64,000 bases of DNA, from the NCBI RefSeq assembly GCF_963676685.1, contig NC_092346.1:36022001-36086000 (forward strand), in the 5' to 3' direction. The notes beneath the pieces are model-generated. The model was not told where the DNA came from. It made no database searches and was given only the letters and a program-made list of their open reading frames with translations. The position numbers were made by a program, and so were the translations under genes. How positions within the stretch are numbered: the first letter of the stretch is position 1; the number at the start of each line of letters is the position of its first letter. Source of the stretch: Mytilus edulis (taxonomy: Eukaryota). Below are positions 36,315 to 49,601 of this stretch, in pieces.

Positions 36315-37646
36315 ATCTCGAAATCTGCATGGGCGGCCCAATCTCCAATTTTCTGTCAACTTTGCAATAAGGATGTTGTCATTAAATGAAAATGTACCAA
36401 TGTGAATTATTGTTGTGTGATAACTGTAAAAGAAACATTCATTCTCGATTTAAATTATCGGATAAACACCGAGTCGTGTCCATCGGAGACATTGGTAATG
36501 TCACCTTAGATCACCCGAAAGCCCTGCACATTTCAGAGGTCATATCCTCAGTGTTTAATACTTACCAAGTAGAATTGCCATACATTCATAAAATTATTTG
36601 CATAATGGCGATGTTGTTTGTCTATTATCTCCTCCAGATGATAAACATTGTCATTTAATTAAGGCAAAAATTCGAAAGAAACTCCATAAATGTGTTACAA
36701 AAATTGATATTAAGTGTAGGATTTCGCAGTTAATCGACAAAATAAAATGTTTTTTCCGCCGTTCCCTCGGTCAAGGGTTAAAGGCATAAATAGAGGCAAC
36801 AGTAGTATACCGATGTTCAAAACTCATAAATCGATAGAAAAAGAAAAAAAATTCGGATCACAAACCAAAACCGAGGGAAACACATTAAATATAAGAGGAG
36901 AATGACGACATAACTTTAAAATGTAACACACCAACGAACTAAGCATTACACAACACAAAACACAAACTGGTAATGTAAAAACAATTCTGTCAGCTTCTCC
37001 AATGATTATTTTAGCAATACATGTAAACAAGCACAGTGAACTTGTACTTGGTCTTAGAGAACAAGGGCCTAAGTATCCGGTGACAGATGTTTGCACAAGA
37101 CAAGTAATTATTCTTAATACCGATTACCAAGACAAAGCAACATATGAGTATGACCACTCAGAATTTGTTCACTTATTCTGTTTGTATTGAAAGTGATTCT
37201 GTAAATAACATTTACGTAGTAGATACAATCAACGACGAGGGCCATGGACGAATAGTTGGTTTAAATATGTACAGAAGAAAAAAGTTTATATATACGTAAT
37301 GGCCATATAAGAGGGACCAAAGATACCAAAGGGACAGTCAAACTCGTAAATCTAAAACAAACTGACAACGCACATTCACAATACACAAGACACTCCGTTT
37401 ACACCTACTGACATTGTGATGACACCAACAAATATTTTATCTATAAAAGAAATGAAAAATAATGCTATTCGTGCTTTAACGGGGAAACGCGAACTGTGTG
37501 GACTACAAAATACAGAATATCTGGGAATACGTTATCCACATAGCGTATTATTGGAGTCTGCGGGTTATTTACTAATCAGATGCTGTAAAGATGAAAGAGA
37601 AACATCAACACCGTAAAAGCTGCACGCTGTAAAAATATCTATTTGA
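36315..37646 (+). pseudogene. Pseudogene paralog of the B-box/beta-propeller genes
   Basis: Colinear with 31601-32701 and 43093-44202. ATG>ATC at 36315, TGG>TGA at ~36387, several frameshifts, repeat insertions at ~36790-36960 and ~37310-37370. Confidence 0.92.
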
Positions 37647-40600
37647 AAAATTCCTATAAATAAATTTTACAATTCATCCTGAATTACATTTTATTAAAAG
37701 TTCGTATTAGTTTACTGATATTAAATACTAGCGTAAAATGCAGAGAAAAAATGCTTTGAATTTAATTCTCATCCTGAAATGTAAAGATTCCATTCCGACG
37801 ACACTTCTTACATTCATACCATATTTGTTTTTCTATCCCTTAAACTAACTGTATTGTTATGTAATTGATATTAACATAGACAGGAGTACTACTTTAAATG
37901 ACGCCAACGTGGAAAGTGAATCTGAGCTATATGGTATTGTCCAAAATGACAAAATGAATAATATTCGATGTCAAAATGTATGCGATATCAACATTAAAAC
38001 TCCATTTGAAAATACCCGGCTATGCAATCAGTCCTTTATAAAATTAAATAGCCGCTATACTGTTTTAAAACATCTAGTCCTAGAGGTCATGTGAGTTAGT
38101 TCTCCTGATTTTAACCTTTACAAAAAATCTTCTCCCCTAACCTTCATGCCAATTGGAGGTATAGTTTAGAAATGTGTCAGAGAAACCCGCGTGTCAACTC
38201 TTAATGCAGACAGCTAAAACTTAACAAATGCAATGTTTTTAATTTTAAGGAAAGAGAAATTCTGAAAGAGCAGAAATGTTCAGTATGTTAAGATCAATCT
38301 TCATTCAAATTAGGTCAAAACTGTCAACAAATCCTCTATTGCCTTCAATAAATAACATTACCAATTACTAAAAACAATTGCATGAATTAAAAAGTATTCA
38401 AAATATTTGGTTTAAATATATGAAAAAACATAATTATTTGCAATCTATTATACTTACTATTCCAAATTAAAATTTGTCATTGTCATATTAATTTAGTTTT
38501 TCTATTATATACCTTTTATAACCATATTTTTTTTAAGTTGCCTCTTTGACATTAAAGTTATGGCACATCAAGGTCTTACTTTTAGTCAAGCAATTACATT
38601 AATTGATTTATTAAGATGTGTTTCAATAAAGATAAAATAACCATGTGTTTCAATGAACATATAGATTGACATTTTTTGCAATCACCTAATGTCAATATGT
38701 TTGTCATTAAACGTCCTTTTGTTCCTTTTGTATGAGTAACAAATATTCAATAAACATTCCTTTGAGAATACTAATTAGAATGACTTCATATTTGGTCGAC
38801 AGCTTGACAGTGATGAGTTGATAAATCTGAACGTATCTGTCAGCCTGATCATGCTATTTTATACTAATGTATTATCGCTTTTTCACGAAATTTTCCTTTG
38901 ATCTTACTGACTGATAATTTTCTTTTTCAGCAAAGTAGAGTGATATGATAAACTATCGCTAGAGACTAAGGGCACACGTGCCCGTTGCCAATGAAATTAT
39001 CAATGTCGTCATATGCAAAATAGCGATAAACAGATTATCATTGTTCATCTCGACTTGATTGCTTTTCTCACTTTCGCTGATCAACTATGATCTATAACTA
39101 ATAGACTAGTGTGAATATTTAACTCTCATTCAATTCTTTGATACATAATATACATCAAGATGTCAATATGAACATATCACAGATATCAGAGATATCAAGA
39201 CCAGATTCAAACTCACATACCTAGAATACACGAACAACACAATGGCAAAAAGGGTAAATGACCTAAATACAAAAAACAGTACACAAAAAAGAATATAGAA
39301 AACGAAAGACGGAGTATCAAGAATACCATTAAAATCCGAGCATTATGTAAGGTGCTTTAGAAAGGAAAGTAAATAGTGTTGAAGAAAATTTCTTATGTGT
39401 ATAGAAATTCTTCCATGCATTAACATACTTTTGGGTATATAGCTTGTAAGACAACCTTCCGCAGGAGACTATATCAACAACAATCTACCAGGTAAACAAA
39501 TAAGTTGAAGCCAACCAGTATCTTCTTGTGCGCGTTCAAAGCTGTCGAAACGGCATATACTAGTAATACCAGAATATTGATGCAAAAGAGACAGTTGTCT
39601 CAACGATCTCCACAATAGCCAGTCTGCAGCTTTTTATCAATTTACATCAATGTATAGTCTTAACCTTTGCTATCATTTGGGTGGATCTGTGTTTTTTTTA
39701 AATATGTTTCGAAACCCTCATTATGATCATGTTCAATTCAAGAGTCTCAGGAATTCCTAGTTCTAAAGATTTCTTAAAGTGACACAATTTTTCTGATCAA
39801 CAAACCGAGGAAACTAGCCACTATTTGAAAATGATGCACGTCAGATGTATTTTCATTCAATATCACCAATAAACAGCGCCAACATCATATTTAGTTTTAA
39901 AAAGGGGAGAATAACTAAAACAATCGATTTCTACCAAACGTATGTTAAATGTTTTTGATATATGGTACTTATGAATGCTGTTTGAAGCCCATCTGTTATC
40001 AAACATAGCTTTTGTTTGACATTAATAACCCATTCCATTTTGATCTTATCTTCTAAATCAGTTATTACAAAATTAAATTTCATATCCGCCTTTAATCGTG
40101 AATACAACAGAAAAAGCTTTTTAGTGCAATTGTCAGGAGATATTCTCCTTAATCTCAGTATAAATAAAGGCAAGAGATGTATACCGTTGTTCGAAAGTCA
40201 AAAATCGACCGAGAGAAAACAAATCCGGGTGACAAACTAAAACCGAGGGAAGCATATCAACGATATGAGGAAAACACCAGAAACACTGAAGTGCAACAAA
40301 AAAACAAAACGACAATATAACACACATAAGTTTTGTGTTTTGTTAGTCTTTCAATTACAAATTATCACTTAATTTAGTGATAAAATGGAAGTAGTTTCTC
40401 GAAGAATGAAAAGACAACAACATCAGCAGTTATATATAACAGTCGAATTGTCCTGTTCGATTGATATTTATTGTGAAAGATGCAATTCAGATTGAAATTT
40501 AATTTTCAGTTGAGCAAATAACTCCTCCATCAGAATTTAAAAAGTTTATAAGGACAAAACTCGAAAGTGGGCGGTATTGCAGAAACTGCTGTTAATGAGT

Positions 40601-42164
40601 TTGACTTTTTGATAGTGTAAAGTTAAATGGATAGAAATGTTAACGCGATAATTCAGAAGTAATTATAAAAAAATTATTGGAAGTATTGCTATCAGCAATT
40701 CCACGATAAAAACCTAAAACTATAATCAACTTGCGAGGATATACCATGCATAGTCATTTGTACTTATTTGGTCTTACTGTAAACATTTCATTTTTTTTCA
40801 GAATATGACGTCTATAAACAATATCTGTTATATCTGCTTTTGAATCAACACAGAAAGTTCTCAAGTAGATTTACATATGAAGATCTGATATAAAGCATGA
40901 TAAATTTATCATTTTTACCAGTTTTACATTCAATGAAATACAAACATGGTAATTCAGTGGAATTATAAAATGTTTTATATCATCTTTAATCATAGCACTA
41001 TCAACATATTTACTAATATTCATATTTAAGTATTAATAAGTTTAAAGAAGGAAATGTGATATGAGTGACATGAGTCAAATCTCAATCCATGTCACAATGT
41101 GTAAATATACGTCAAAGTACGGTCTTCAACATGGAGCTTTAGCTCACAGCGAACAGCAAGCTATTAAGGGACCAAAATGACTAGTGTAAAACAATTCAAA
41201 CAAAAACCAATGGTCTAATATATATATAAAATTTAAAAAAAAAACACTAATGAACCATATCAACAAGCGACATAAACAACAAGTTCATGCCTTACGAACT
41301 ACGGCTTAACGTTTTAAGAGGCGCAAACTTTCACCGTTAGTACATACATTTTACATATTAAATGCCAGTAGATATACTGAATAATACGTTGTGCTGGTCC
41401 AAATAAGAGGATTTTGCGTTCAAAAACATGTTTTGGCTAGCCACAAATCAGGTTCCAGCAAACATTTTGTCTTAAAATGTCCTGTACCACGTCAGGAAAA
41501 TGGCCATTGTTATATTATAGTTCGTTTCTGTGTGTTGCATTAAGTGTTGTGTTTATGTTGTGTCGTTGTTCTCTTATATTTGATGTGTTACCTACAGTTT
41601 TAGTTTGTAACCCGGATTTGTTTTTTTTCTCAATCGATTGATGAATTTCAAACACCGCTATTTGTTGTTGTTATAAATTGCTTCATAAAATATATCAACT
41701 TTTGTTACCAAAAGATAGCATGACATGAGATGATGACTCTTACTACAACACTTATAGTGAAGTTACAGTAAATAAGCTACGCACAGATTTCAATAAAAGT
41801 TTGCAAACAACTCTGGTTCGATGAACTTCAACTGAAAATCGAAAAAAATTTGAAATATTACTTATAAACCCTTACAAAACGGGTATACATTTCTATAGAA
41901 AGCACATCAAATTAGCAAAAAACCTTCTAAAATTTGTGTTAAAATCATAAAATTTCTAATTCTACTATCAGTTGAAAAAAGACGGCTTTCTTGTTTAATT
42001 TTGTTGTACATTTTATTTGCACAATGTTGATATCAATTTGGAGTTCATCATCCGATCAGTAGCTTAGTTGAAGAATTGAACTAGCTACTCTATAAGTTAT
42101 ATGAAGAAGTATTAATATTTACTCCCTTATCTGTCATTTTTATTTAAAACAAAATCAAACCAGC

Positions 42165-42470
42165 CCAGTGGTCAGCACTCCGGTGTTGACATAAATATCA
42201 ATTATATGGTCTTTTTTTGTAAAAATAAATTTCCTGTTTATAAAACTTTGATTTTTTCGAAAAACTTAGGATTTTCTTATCATAGGAGTAGATTATTCTT
42301 TAAGTCGTATTTGGCACAACTTTTTGGAATTTTGAGTCCTCAGTGCTCTTCAACCTTGTACCCGTTGGCTTTTTAACTATTTTAATATAAGCGTCACTGA
42401 TGAGTCTTATGTAGACAAAACGCGCGTCTGGCGTATTAAATTATAATCCTGGTACCTTTGATAACTATTT
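42165..42470 (+). mobile_element. Hammerhead-containing ~300-bp repeat; ribozyme at 42391-42434 has GAAA>AAAA
   Basis: GCGTCA-CTGATGA-GTCTTATGTAGAC-AAAA-CGCGCG-TC-TGGCGT, same family as ~15945-16110. Confidence 0.75.
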
Positions 42471-43092
42471 GAAACTATGATTGATATAATATGAAAAATT
42501 TGCTTCATACGTTTTGCCTATTTTCCAGCAATGTTGATACACCAAAATTGTACTTACTTTAAAACTACTGACAAACTCTGTGTTTCTGAGTATATCGTTT
42601 GCTCCGTAGCTGCCCAGAACTGACTAATAAATGTAAGGCGATTTTTTTTCAGAACCCGAATTGAGGAGGTACCAAAATTAGGCGGATCCAGGATAATAAA
42701 TGATGCCTTTGTGAATTTATCCCAGGCTTTTAAATATATCTTCAACGCGTCATGTTCAAAATAAATGAATATTTGATTTTCACAATTAATCCGGATTTGA
42801 TGTGGTCTTGACAGTTTTAAAAAATATTTAAAACAAAATCTGTATTGACAAGAATTTGAAAATTGGAATATTTATTCGTATTTATTCTATGGGTAACGCT
42901 TCACGTACTGTAACCTCGGCAAACAGAAGTAGTTTTACGGTATGACTTCACAAAGTGGAATTTATTGTACTGCGTGACTTCTCCACTTGAACGTCTTTAC
43001 AATTTGAAGAAAATTAATTTACATACGTACACATGAAACCATGACACAAGGATGTAAATAAATTGACTAACAGGTAGACATATTGTCAAGTG

Positions 43093-44202
43093 ATGGCGGA
43101 ATCTACACAGACGGCCCAATCTCCAATGTCCTGTCAACTTTGTAATAATAATGTTGTCATAATTAAATGGAAATGTACCGATTGTGAATTATTGTTGTGT
43201 GATAACTGTAAAATAAACATTCATTCTCGATTTAAATCGTCGGATCAACACAGAGTCGTGTCCATCGGAGACATTGGTTATGATATCACAGATCACCTTA
43301 AAGCTCTAGACATTTCAGAGGTAATATCCCACGTTTTCAACACATACCAAACAGAGTTACCAAGCATACATAAAATTATTTGCAGAGACGACGATGATGT
43401 TTTTTTGTTATCTTCTATTGATACTCAAAATTGCCATTTAATTAAGGCAAAATTACAAAAGAACTCTATTAAAGTATTACAAAAGTTCGATATTGAGTGT
43501 CAGGACTTTGCAGTGAATCGAAATAGTGCAATAATCTTTGCACCATTCCCTAGATCAGAGTTACACGCTGAAACATCAACTGGCGATTTAAGAACTATTT
43601 TGAAAGCTTCTCCGTATATTATTTTGGCAATTCATATGAACAAACAAGGTGAACTTCTTCTTGGTCTAAGAGAACAGGGACCTAAATATCCAGTGACAGA
43701 TTTTTGCACAAGACAAGTGGTTATTCTTGATACCGATATTCTACGTAAAGCAACTTATGAATATGATGACTCAGGAAAAAAGTTGTTTAGTTATGCTGTT
43801 TTAATTGAAAGTGACTCAGATAATAACATTTATGTAGTAGATATCATTAGCGACAACACAAATGGGCGAATAGTTGGCTTGGATATCAATGGAAGAAAAA
43901 AGTTTATATACCAAGGATATAACATTCTCAATACACATGAAACGCCCTTCACACCTACGGGCATTGCTGTGACATCAACAAATATTGTATTAGTAGCAGA
44001 TGGACAAAACCACGCAATTCATGCTTTAACTCAAAAAGGGGAAATATGTGGACTACAAAAAACTGAAAATATGGGAATACGTTTCCCATACAGTTTATCA
44101 TTTGATTCGGAGAATTTTTTATTGATTGGATGCTCTAGAGGTAATACGGAAATCGAACAGCACGCAAAAATACACGCTGTAAAAACATCTATACAGAACT
44201 AA
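43093..44202 (+). CDS. B-box zinc finger + NHL-like beta-propeller protein, paralog 2 (369 aa from the ATG)
   Basis: Full-length colinear similarity to 31601-32701 (QSPMSCQLC...KWKCTDCELLLCDNCK...AKIHAVK). The ORF track starts at the GTG at 43090; the ATG is at 43093. Confidence 0.88.
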   Translation: MAESTQTAQSPMSCQLCNNNVVIIKWKCTDCELLLCDNCKINIHSRFKSSDQHRVVSIGDIGYDITDHLKALDISEVISHVFNTYQTELPSIHKIICRDDDDVFLLSSIDTQNCHLIKAKLQKNSIKVLQKFDIECQDFAVNRNSAIIFAPFPRSELHAETSTGDLRTILKASPYIILAIHMNKQGELLLGLREQGPKYPVTDFCTRQVVILDTDILRKATYEYDDSGKKLFSYAVLIESDSDNNIYVVDIISDNTNGRIVGLDINGRKKFIYQGYNILNTHETPFTPTGIAVTSTNIVLVADGQNHAIHALTQKGEICGLQKTENMGIRFPYSLSFDSENFLLIGCSRGNTEIEQHAKIHAVKTSIQN

Positions 44203-45944
44203 GTTCATTCTGATTTTAACTTTTATAATTCTTATTTATTTTGCATATTAGGCAATACGTTTATATATTGGTTGATAGTGCTTCCGATAGTGGTTTGTGA
44301 AATTATTCATTTTTCGATAGACAACATCGTTGACCAAACTACATTTTGTAATCAATGTACAGAAACCGGCGGTGACGTTAAAAATATTTATTTACATCTC
44401 GTTCATCGTTAAATAAAATAATAAGCACAAAACATGTATTTGAATGATAATAAGATAATTCTGTAGTTTAAATTTTATTAGATAGTTTTTTTAAGAGTAG
44501 ATTTTTTGTTGTTGCTTTAACCAACAAATATATTAATGCGCTAGGCCTATTCATTGAAACAACTGTACAATATACCTGTCATATAGGTGAAGAATGGGTA
44601 AATACACATCGTTGTCAATATAATGAAATTTTGTGCGACTGTCATACAAGTGAGAGGTTAAGATAGCTTTAAAACCAGGTTTTATCTTCCATTTTCTGTA
44701 TAAGAAGAATGCCTGTACCAAGTTTGGAATATGACAGTTGTTTTCCATGAGTTTGATGTGTTTTTACGCACACGAATTTTTCATTCCATTATTTGACATT
44801 ATTAATCGAGGGTGCATATTCAGGATTTTAAAATGAGACATTTAATGTTAAGAATATGTCGAGAACTTCCAGTGCACTTTTATTTTAATTTAATGGAATT
44901 TTTGTTTATTGTAAAAATCGCTTTTTCAATCACGTTCTAGTGCTGTATTTGATAGTAATTTAAGGTTTTAATACATATAACAGAATATATGTTATACAAT
45001 CAAACCTTATCCCCTTTAAAACTGTTCGTATGCCAACTACTAAAAAAGAATCAATCATTTACGTTCATACTTCAATACACTTTCAGTGTCACTCAGCATG
45101 CAATGATATATTCGATCTGGTAATTGTTGAAAGATATTTTCATTCCTTGGCTAACTCAAGAAAATCAAAATGTTTGTACTGAACAACTTGTTACTAAAGA
45201 CGCCGTACACTACTTGTTCATTCCTTGTTCCTGTGAGAAATGTCTTTGTTTTTTACTTCATATTTGCTTGTGTGATTTGTCAAGATGCTATTTTGTTTTT
45301 TTGAGATATTTGTTTGTTTATATTGTGATTCAGATTATAACACAATGTAGTCTGATGTAACCCTTTTTGTTTACATCATTGCCTATTTCATGTATATCTG
45401 TTATTTCCGATCACACATTGTTGTCAATATGATGGAATTCTATGCGACTGTCATACAATGAGAGCTTATGCTAGCTTAATAACCAGGTTTAATCCACCCT
45501 TTTCCTATATAAAAAATGTCTGTACAAAGTCAGGAATATGACTGTTGTGTTCCATTCGTTTGATGTGCTTTCACCTTTGATTTAATGATTTTGAAAATTG
45601 ATAACGCACTTTCCGATTTAACTTTTCCTTGGTAATCGACCGGTATTTTGTTAATTTTTTCTTGCAGTAAAAAATTCAAACGCACCAAATATTAAATGTT
45701 CCACTTTAATTTCTTTGTGATCAACATTTATCTATAATGTGTTTGCTTAAGTTAAGAGGCAAATATTTCATTCGGGTTAAGGACCAGAAAAAGTTCTTAT
45801 ATCATAATAATTCAGTTATAACTTACACTTGGTCTCATACGGCCACCTAAAGGAGCTTTGGCTGACAAATACATGGTCACCGATTTAACTCAAATTTTTA
45901 TATGTGATTTATAACACACAAAAACGTATATTGCAATTATAACC

Positions 45945-46990
45945 CTAAGCTCCACAGGGCGCAGCTTGATACGACCACAGAGGTCGAACACTGAACAGTT
46001 GGGGCAAGTATGGATACAGCTCTGAATTTGGATTGTGATTAAATAGTTGACTTAGAATAGCTTTCTGACACAGAGTGAATGTGGTCTAAGAATCTAAAAA
46101 TAAAAAGGAACTTTACCTATTATCGTCCAATACCCAAAATATAATAAATGGATAGATTCAACATATCAAAGAACCCCAAGAATTCAATTTTTGTTGAAAT
46201 CAAATAAAGTTCAATTATGGACCCTTTAGAGCTCAATGTGGACCAATTTGATAAAGTGGCCCAAATATCAAAAATCGAAATACATGGTTAGATTCAGCAT
46301 ATCAAAGAATCCCAAATATTCATTTTTTGTTGAAACAAAGTTTGATTTTGGATCCCGAATTGGACAAACTTGAAAACTGGGCCCATAATAAAAAATCTGA
46401 GTACATATTTAGATTCTGCATATCAAAGAATCCCTAGTTTGTTAAAATCAAACTAAGTCTAATTTTAGACCTTAATGTAGACTAATTTGAAAACGGGACC
46501 AAAAAATAAGAATCTAAATACACGGTTAGATTTGGTATATTAATTGATTGATTGTTGGTATATCAAAGAACCTCAGTTATTTAATTTTTGATCACATCGT
46601 ACAAAGTTTAATTTTGGACCCTTATTTCTTAACTGTTGGGACCCAAACTCCAAAAATCAATCCCAACCTTTCTTAAGTGGTCATTAACAATGTGTTTAAA
46701 TTTAATAGTTTTCTATTGATTTAAATCAAAGTTATTGTGCGAAAACCAAGAAAAATGCTTATTTCTGCCCCTTTTTGACTCCTAATTCCTTAACTTTTGA
46801 GACCAAAATCCCCAAAATCAAGCTTCCTATAGTGATTATAAACCTTGTGTTAAAATTTGTAGATTTCTATTGACTTATACTTAAGTTGTTATCCGGAAAT
46901 CATCAGTCTTTGGACGAAGCTGATGACAACGACGACGCAGACAACGTGGTGCTAATATACGACCCCAAAAAAAAAATCATCGTTAAAAAT
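45945..46990 (-). mobile_element. Helentron/DINE-like element, same family as 1-915
   Basis: GCTCCACAGGGCGCAGCTTGATACGACC...GGGGCAAGTATGGA is the reverse complement of the 840-910 end. Internal degenerate tandem units containing ATATCAAAGAA. Confidence 0.7.
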
Positions 46991-47154
46991 AAATGAAGTA
47001 ATAAATAAAGAAATGTTTGAGTTTGTTTATTAATCGTTTAGGTGGCTTCACCTGGGACATCGTTTCATGAATTACAAACTAGTCAAGGAAGGGGATAAAA
47101 AATCGAACAGTTTAAAAAAAATGTCTGTCTTTGAGAGAAAGCTGTGATGTTTTT

Positions 47155-47500
47155 ATATTTATTTATTTATTTATTTACGAAATGCACATTTATACCCCTG
47201 GGGGTTGAAGGCATATACAAACAATACAATACAATATACACAATAGAAAAATTAACATATTAAACATCATATATAAAGTGGTAAAACAGTAATACTTATG
47301 CAGGCGTTGTGTCCACTCCCCTCAATGCAAATGATTTTTTAATGAACGGAACAGTAAGCTGCATAATATCAAATGAAGATAGAATTAATTGTAATCTATC
47401 TGTTTCAGACAAACTAAAGTATTCTGGACATATATTATTGACATCTTTTTCAAGCTGATTACGTAAAGATTTATTAATTTGACATTTTATAACTTGCATA
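47155..47500 (-). mobile_element. 5'-truncated LINE 3' end
   Basis: Coding tail CQINKSLRNQL...FSLSETDRLQLILS...FIKKSFALR resembles non-LTR ORF2 C-termini, followed by a short UTR and a (TAAA)n tail. Confidence 0.5.
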
Positions 47501-48216
47501 TAAATTGTCTGTACAGTGTAACCTGCCTAATCTTACACCGGAGTATTCCAACATCCTGCTTTAAAAGACACATTTTCATGGTCCCTCAATATGCATATCC
47601 TTGCAGATAGAAAACCCCAGTATTTTGACACCCTGCTTAATCTGTCATTTTTCCTGCTCCCCTGTGTCCAATAAAAGAGGGACGAAAGATACAAAAGGGA
47701 CAGTCAAACTCGTAAATCTAAAACAAACTGACAACGCCATGGCTAAAAATGAAAAAGACAAACAGAAAAACAATAGTACACATGACACAACATGTAGGTA
47801 ATACTGTATATGATTTTATCATTGGCTTAGAAACTAAAACATTTGTTGATTTTTATCTGCCCTAAAGATTAAACTTGTGAAAGTGGATAGTTGCAATTCT
47901 ACATAAATTGCAAAAAATCAGTGAAAACAATCACTTTCCAAAAGTTTTATTTTTTACAGTAGGTCTTTTATTTTATTGTGCTGTTGGGTTGCTTATTCAC
48001 TTACATGATTAATAAGACCAAAACTCTCGAAATTCATAATTCTAATGATATGGTTATAACAATTAACTTCATCCTCTTATTTAATGCGATACCAAATGAA
48101 TTTTCACAGATGAAATCTGTAAGAAATATATACTTACGGACAAACTATATTAATTTGCTCATGCGGAGGATATCTTCAAAATCCTCTGTAGTCAAAGATC
48201 CAAGCATCTTAATTGA

Positions 48217-48739
48217 GGTATATATCTCCCAATTGATACGATATTCCCTTGCATGCATTTCCTATCATGATTTTCTTGATAGAGGGTAACTGCTTACAAG
48301 GAAGCTATTAAACCAAGAGTTCCAAATGGTGAAGTTGAAATCATCCCTTCGTAAATTTTACGGACGCCATCACGAGTTGGTTGACCGTTAAGGAATAACC
48401 GTTTCACAAATGATATCGGATATGTTCCTTACGTCGTAACTACAATCCCCTTCCCTTTCATGAATTTGACCTACCGAATTAGACTATTTACCGGATTTGT
48501 AATCACATAAGCCACAAGACGGGTGCCGCATGTGGAGCAGGATCTGCTTACATTACTGGGGCACCTGAGATCACCCCTAGTTTTTGGTGGGGTTCGTGTT
48601 GTTTATTCTTTAGTTTTCTATGTTGTGTCATGTGTACTATTGTTTTTCTGTTTGTCTTTTTCATTTTTAGCCATGGCGTTGTCAGATTGTTTTAGATGTA
48701 CGAGTTTGACTGTCCCTTTGGTATCTTTTGTCCCTCTTT
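48217..48739 (+). mobile_element. 3' fragment of a Penelope-like retroelement (RT thumb + 3' UTR)
   Basis: VYISQLIRYSLACISYHDFLDRG*LLTRKLLNQEFQMVKLKSSLRKFYGRHHELVDR resembles the PLE RT thumb, with no GIY-YIG following. The same 3' end recurs at ~37310, ~47675 and 49176. Confidence 0.7.
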
Positions 48740-49175
48740 AATGCATTTCATCAATTTTGGAGCAGCACATCCTATGAGAAATATGAAAATTTTAAAGTTC
48801 TGTAAGATTACATTAATGCATAAAAAGGTTTTTTCGTAGGCTTTAAAACAAATTAATACTTTATTGGAAAATAACATCCAACAGTAAATATTACATGCTT
48901 TCTTAGGACTAACCATTGAAGTTAAGGAATATGATATACCCTGCTTTGTACAGAACTTATAGACTGATAAAAATTTCACAAGGTACTATCTCACAGAGGC
49001 AATTCACTGTAAAACATGTAACCTTATCCAGAAACATTATTACTTCGATCAAAGGGAAGTTGGTTGTACATCTAGGTCATTTTCATAAGTGAATTCTTAG
49101 CTTCTTACTTATAATGGTCTGTAGGATTTTTAAGGGCATACGATACAGTTTTGATCCTGTATTTACAGTTTGAGG

Positions 49176-49601
49176 AAAGAGGGACGAAAGATACCAAAGG
49201 GACAGTCAAACTCGTAAATCTAAAACAAACTGACAACGCCATGGCTAAAAATAAAAAAGGCAAACAGAAAAACAATAGTACACATGACACAACATAGAAA
49301 ACTAAAGAATAAACAACACGAACCCCACCAAAAACTAGGGGTGATCTCAGGTGCTCCAGTAATGTAAGCAGATCCTGCTCCACATGCGGCACCCGTCGTG
49401 TTGATTATGTGATTACAAATCCGGTAAATAGTCTAATTCGGTAGGTCAAATTCATGAAAGGGAAGGGGATTGTAGTTACAACGTAAGGAACATATCCGAT
49501 ATCATTTGTGAAACGGTTATTCCATAACGGTCAACCAACTCGTGATGGCGTCCGTAAAATTTACGAAGGGATGATTTCAACTTCACCATTTGGAACTCTT
49601 G
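49176..49601 (-). mobile_element. Second Penelope-like 3' fragment, inverted relative to 48314-48739 and nested in a Kolobok-like MITE (49134-49890)
   Basis: Near-identical reverse complement of 48314-48739. Its flanks rejoin to give the 15166-15753 MITE sequence. Confidence 0.85.

Noticed and set aside
48523-49392. Twin ORFs MPHVEQDLLTLL... on opposite strands
   Set aside because: They are translations of the repeat's 3' region in the two inverted copies, not genes.
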